Shown piece by piece: positions 56,025 through 64,000 of a stretch of 64,000 nucleotides of DNA. The translations under genes and the position numbers were made by a program. How positions within the stretch are numbered: the first letter of the stretch is position 1; the number at the start of each line of letters is the position of its first letter. The notes beneath the pieces were generated by a model. That model did no database searches. It saw only the letters and a program-made list of their open reading frames with translations, and was not told where the DNA came from. This DNA comes from Vicinamibacterales bacterium (GTDB lineage Bacteria > Acidobacteriota > Vicinamibacteria > Vicinamibacterales > JAMQPK01). The stretch covers positions 85,486 to 149,485 of the forward strand of contig CAVZIS010000007.1 in NCBI GenBank assembly GCA_963775345.1, written 5' to 3'.

Positions 56025-56031
<7 letters not shown>
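55942..56031. terminator. long hairpin with AAGGAAG-class heptamer arms and loop core CACGCGTGTC between convergent genes; putative bidirectional terminator
   Basis: The left arm 55942-55978 is gcagtaaggaagaaggaagaacgaaaaaggaatagag. The right arm 55995-56031 is ctcttttccttcttccttcttcctttttccttatagc. By hand, 31 of 37 positions are complementary. The arms abut the stop of the 55612 ORF and contain the gpmI stop. Confidence 0.6.
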
Positions 56032-60138
<4,107 letters not shown>

Positions 60139-60178
60139 GGCTAAAACCCTTGATCAGAAAGAGTTCGGACGCAACAGA

Positions 60179-60208
60179 TTGACTTGAATTGCAACGCCGT
60201 CCTATCAT
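60179..60208 (+). promoter_or_regulatory. possible sigma70-type promoter (TTGACT-N18-TATCAT) for the 60259 gene
   Basis: TTGACT at 60179-60184 and TATCAT at 60203-60208. An AGGAG Shine-Dalgarno lies at 60247-60251, before ATG 60259. Confidence 0.3.
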
Positions 60209-60258
60209 CGTAAATTCAACACTCAGCTTTTTTTGATTGGAATTACAGGAGATTTTCG

Positions 60259-61309
60259 ATGAAGTTCCGTCGCGCTTTCGGGACCCTGGCCATTGCGGCC
60301 TTCTTTGCGGTCCCCACATTCGGACAGGACAAAGAGCAAGCGCAGCAGCAGCGAAAGCTCAGCAATGACGAACGTCGTGAATACCTGGCGGTGAACGAGC
60401 TTGTCGATGCCGTCGCTGCCGGCAAGCAACCGGCGCCCGCGGACCTGAAGCTCAAGTTCCAGCATCACTTCCTGAAATCGAACAAGAACGTTTACATCCC
60501 GTATATCACCGAGATCAGCGGCGGCAAGTTCAGCTCCTTTCCGGTCACGATGTATGTGCGGGCGGTCCAGAAGACGGCATCCCCGACCCCGGCCCCGCCC
60601 GGCGGCGCAGGCGAAGCCGACCGACAGTGAGCCCAACTGGCCTTTTGCCGACGTCTATTTTCTGAATGAGAAGAACATCACGGCCTCGGGCGACGTGACG
60701 GAAATCGGGCGCGCGCTCGAGCTTCCGCCCGGCGAGTACACGCTTTACATCGCGATACGCGAACGTCAGCCGCGCGACAAGAAGCAGGGACCTGCCAAGA
60801 GTGTCGTTCTGGCCCAGCCGCTGTCGGTACCCGATATGAACAAGGGGCTGACCACGAGCAGCATCATTCTGGCCAAGGGACTTGACCCGGCGCCCGAACA
60901 GCTCACGGGCCAGCAGCAGCTCGAGCAGCCTTTCACTATTTCCGGCTATCGGGTGACCCCTGCGTTCTCGTCGACGATTCCCCAGTCGGGAGAGTTGTTA
61001 TTCGTCTTTTTCATCTACAATGAAGGTGTGGCTGCCAGCGGGAAGCCCGATCTGGACGTGGAGTACAACTTCTTTCGTGCCTCCGAGGAGAAGCCCTTTA
61101 CCAGGCTGGCCACGCAATCGTTCAACGCAACGACTTTGCCTGGGCAGTTCGACTTGAATGTGGGGCACCAGGTGTTTGTTGGCCAGGGGATTCCCCTCAA
61201 GAGCGCCCAAATGACGTTCGCGCCGGGTGAGTATCGGTTAGAGGTCAAAATAACTGATAAGACCAACAGCCAGACTATTACTCGAAATGTTCCGTTTACC
61301 GTTGCGTGA
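60259..61309 (+). CDS. secreted hypothetical protein (~350 aa); one frame break near 60600
   Basis: Signal peptide MKFRRAFGTLAIAAFFAVPTFGQ and a Pro/Ala linker, then ORF 60554..61309 (...GEYTLYIAIRE..., ...GEYRLEVKITDKTNSQ...), suggesting two beta-sandwich-like repeats. No family recognised. Confidence 0.55.
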
Positions 61310-61382
61310 GCGTGTCTTGTTCGTGCAGGCGGGTCTTGTTGTCCGGGACCCGGCATTTGTTAGAGGGTGGTACGGTGGGTTA

Positions 61383-63276
61383 ATGGCCCGATGGTTCCCT
61401 GCGGCGGCAATCGCGATTCTCGTGGTTGGCGCTCCATCTGCGTACCCGCAGACCCCTTCAGGCGGGCGGTCCAGCCGCAGCGCCTTCCCGGCGGGCAGCA
61501 TCGAAGGACGTGTGCTGGACGATCGTCAGAGCCCGATCCCGGGCGCAATGGTGTCGGTCGTCGGCCGGGTGACAGCCGCTGCGACCACTGACCGCAACGG
61601 CCGCTACACGCTGCGTGAGCTTCCTTACGGTCCCTACATTCTGAGCGTGCACTCGCGCGGCTACTACCGATCGCGCGGGCGCACTGTTCAGCTCACCTCG
61701 ACGATGGTTTCGATTCCCGAAATACAGCTGGCGCGCGCGTCGGCTCCAAAGACTCCGGAAGCGTGAGCCGGCGCCGGTCGTTCAAACGACGCAACTGGCA
61801 GGATTCAATCTCGACGCGGCGCCAGCTGAACAGAATGTCCGAGAGGAATCTGCCGGTGGTGACGAGCCGGAGATCGATGACAGCGAAGCGGGTGAGACGG
61901 CGTGGCGGCTGCGCCACCTCCCCCGCAGCATCCTGAAGGACGTGGCTGACGGCTCGGTTTGGGCCGACAACGGCGACGTCGAGACACCCCGCTGGTGGAG
62001 CGAGAGCTCGGGCGCGGTGATTCCCATCGCCTTCTTCAGCGACCTTCCCCTCTCGGGGCAGCTGAACCTGATGACGGTGGAGTCGTTCGATCGTCCTGGT
62101 GAAATCTTTGGAACACACGACGTTCGCAGCGTCGCGTTCGTGTCGGTGAATACGCAGGCCGCGGGCGGCGCCTGGTCGATGCAGGGTGCGATGACGCAGG
62201 GGGACCTGTCGTCGTGGATTGTGGCCGGCTCGTACAAGTCGATCCACTCGGATAACCACGCCTACGAGCTTGGGCTCTCGTACAGCACGCAGCGATACGA
62301 CGGCGGGAATGCTGCTGCGGTGAGTGCCATCCGCGACAACGCGCGGAATGTCGGCAGCGTGTATGGATTCGACGAGTGGACAGTATCGCCGCGGCTCGTG
62401 TTGGGATTCGGCACCGGCTATGCCCGCTACGATTACCTTGGCGGGCCCGGCGTCTGGAGCCCGCGGCTGAGCGTCACCGTGCCTCTGGATGGCTTCCGCA
62501 TCAGGGCGCTCGCTTCACAGCGGGCGGTCGTGCCAGGCGCCGAGGAATTCGCACCATCGGTCACCGGAGTGTGGCTGCCACCCGAGCGTACGTTCTCGTC
62601 TCTCGCACCGCAGGGTCGCTTTACCGTAGAGCAGACGCGCCACCTGCAGCTTTCGCTGGAGCGTGATCTCGCGGCCGGCGTCGCGGTGTTCGCACGCGGG
62701 TTCGATCAGCGGACCGACGATCAGTTGATCGAAGTCTTCGACGCCGTCCCGGGCCACGCGCACTTGCCGCTGGGGCACTACTACGTCGCGACCGCCGGCA
62801 ACATCGAGGCGCGCGGCTGGGGCGTCGGTATGACGCAGGAAGTGCCCGGCTATGTTCGTGGCACCGTCGAGTACACCGTCGCTTCGGCCTACTGGGATCC
62901 GTCATCCGATACCTCAGTCGTGCGAGCGATTCGTACTCTGCCGTTGAGATCGGTGGAGAACGTCCACGACCTCCAGACGACCGTCGAGGCAACCATTCCG
63001 CAGACCGCTACCCGGCTTTACGCGAAGTATCGGGTCAACAGTGCTTTCTGGAGCGGAGAGCCGGACGCTTACATGCGCTCGGGCGCCAACGCGCGCTTCA
63101 ACATCCGCGTGAACCAGGCGCTTCCGTTTCTGCGCTTCTCGAATGCCCACTGGGAGGCTCTAGTGGATGTTCGAAACATGTTCCGCGAGGAGATCGCCGA
63201 GGCGTCGGTCTACGATGAGGCTTTGGCCATCCGGGCTCCCAAACGCATCGTGGGTGGCCTGCTTGTAAAGTTCTAA
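61383..63276 (+). CDS. carboxypeptidase-regulatory-like domain protein fused to an outer-membrane beta-barrel; one frame break near 61760
   Basis: Signal peptide MARWFPAAAIAILVVGAPSAYPQ and GSIEGRVLDDRQSPIPGAMVSVVG..TDRNGRYTLRELPYGPYIL (CarboxypepD_reg). The C-terminal 440 aa are rich in alternating beta-strands and end in ...GGLLVKF (terminal Phe). Confidence 0.65.
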
Positions 63277-63447
63277 ACCACCCTCACTTTTCCACTTTCT
63301 CCTACAATAGAATTCAAGATTCTGGATTTTTTAGTCCATTGGGATGGATTCCGTTCGTCAAACTGCCGATAAGTTGTTGTAGATAAAAGAATTGCTGGGG
63401 TATGGGCTTTGCAATCCAGTAGACGCTCCCCGAATGACCGTTCTCGA

Positions 63448-64000
63448 ATGAAGGATCAGGTCCATCGAACGCAGCGGCGTCCGCTGACGGGCTGGGGCAT
63501 GTTTGCCCTCGTTGGAGTCCTCCTTTGCTTTGGGGCCCTCAACATCGCCATACGAGCGACCTCGCAGAAGCTCGAAGACGGCGTGCTGTGGACGGACAGA
63601 CCAGAAGGCATCACGGCCGCGGACCTCGCCGTACGCGGGGGCGCAATGGCAGCCGGGATTCAGCCAGGCGACGTCCTCGTTGCCATTGATGGCGTGCCGG
63701 TCGAGAACGTTCAGGATGTTCAGCGGGCTCTCGGGCGCGCGCGCGCGTCCGAATCGCTGTCATATGCCGTGCTCCGCCTCGGCGAGCAGCGAATGCTCAC
63801 CGTTCAGGTCGCGCCCGTGCCCGCCGGACGACCGACCTTATATGTGGTGGGCGCCGCGATTGGGGTCTTCACGCTGCTGGTTGGTGCCTCTGTGCGGCTT
63901 CGCCGTCCGAGCGATCCAGCAACACTTCATTTCTTCTGGCTGTGTCTCGCGTTCTTCGGGACGCTGACGTTTTCCTTCAGCCGGCTCGATCGCCTGGACT
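63448..64000 (+). CDS. PDZ domain-containing membrane protein, 5' partial (runs off the window)
   Basis: My own translation from ATG 63448, which is not in the ORF track because no stop is reached: MKDQVHRTQRRPLTGWGMFALVGVLLCFGAL..., AAGIQPGDVLVAIDGVPVENVQDVQRAL (PDZ), then further TM segments LYVVGAAIGVFTLLVGA and FFWLCLAFFGTL. Confidence 0.6.
   Translation, partial: MKDQVHRTQRRPLTGWGMFALVGVLLCFGALNIAIRATSQKLEDGVLWTDRPEGITAADLAVRGGAMAAGIQPGDVLVAIDGVPVENVQDVQRALGRARASESLSYAVLRLGEQRMLTVQVAPVPAGRPTLYVVGAAIGVFTLLVGASVRLRRPSDPATLHFFWLCLAFFGTLTFSFSRLDRLD

Overview
This is a GC-rich bacterial chromosomal segment. The gene content points to an Acidobacteriota-like soil organism: a TIGR03436-like VWA protein, a carboxypeptidase-regulatory-domain outer-membrane barrel, a DUF5916 protein, an HTH-TonB fusion and inositol-3-phosphate synthase. 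That assignment is inference only. I reconstruct about 55 protein-coding genes, almost all housekeeping. They include paired M16 peptidases, pckG, malQ, serC, pcnB, polA, thrC, an RND efflux pair, pepF, lhr, ispG, ino1, acs, a methylmalonyl-CoA mutase subunit and a glgC-eno-gpmI operon. I found no rRNA, tRNA, CRISPR array, transposase or integrase. Two non-gene signals dominate. (1) Roughly two thirds of the genes are interrupted by small indels, on the order of 100 frame breaks by my manual reconstruction (not computed). The breaks are very unevenly spread: 40.0-43.1 kb and 46.9-53.9 kb are nearly clean. Uncorrected sequencing or assembly error is the most likely cause, so coordinates of broken genes are reconstructions across ORF-track fragments. 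(2) Degenerate, strand-asymmetric (C-depleted) tracts with a 7-nt period occupy most larger intergenic spacers, several gene 3' ends and at least three coding regions, and are often arranged as long inverted arms. One such hairpin (5583-6153) holds a four-helix-bundle '23S rRNA intervening-sequence protein' gene in its loop. Two others share the loop core CACGCGTGTC, and one of those is built of telomere-like TTAGGGA units with G-quadruplex potential. This repeat system is the most unusual content of the window. I did not find a convincing novel multi-gene protein system.
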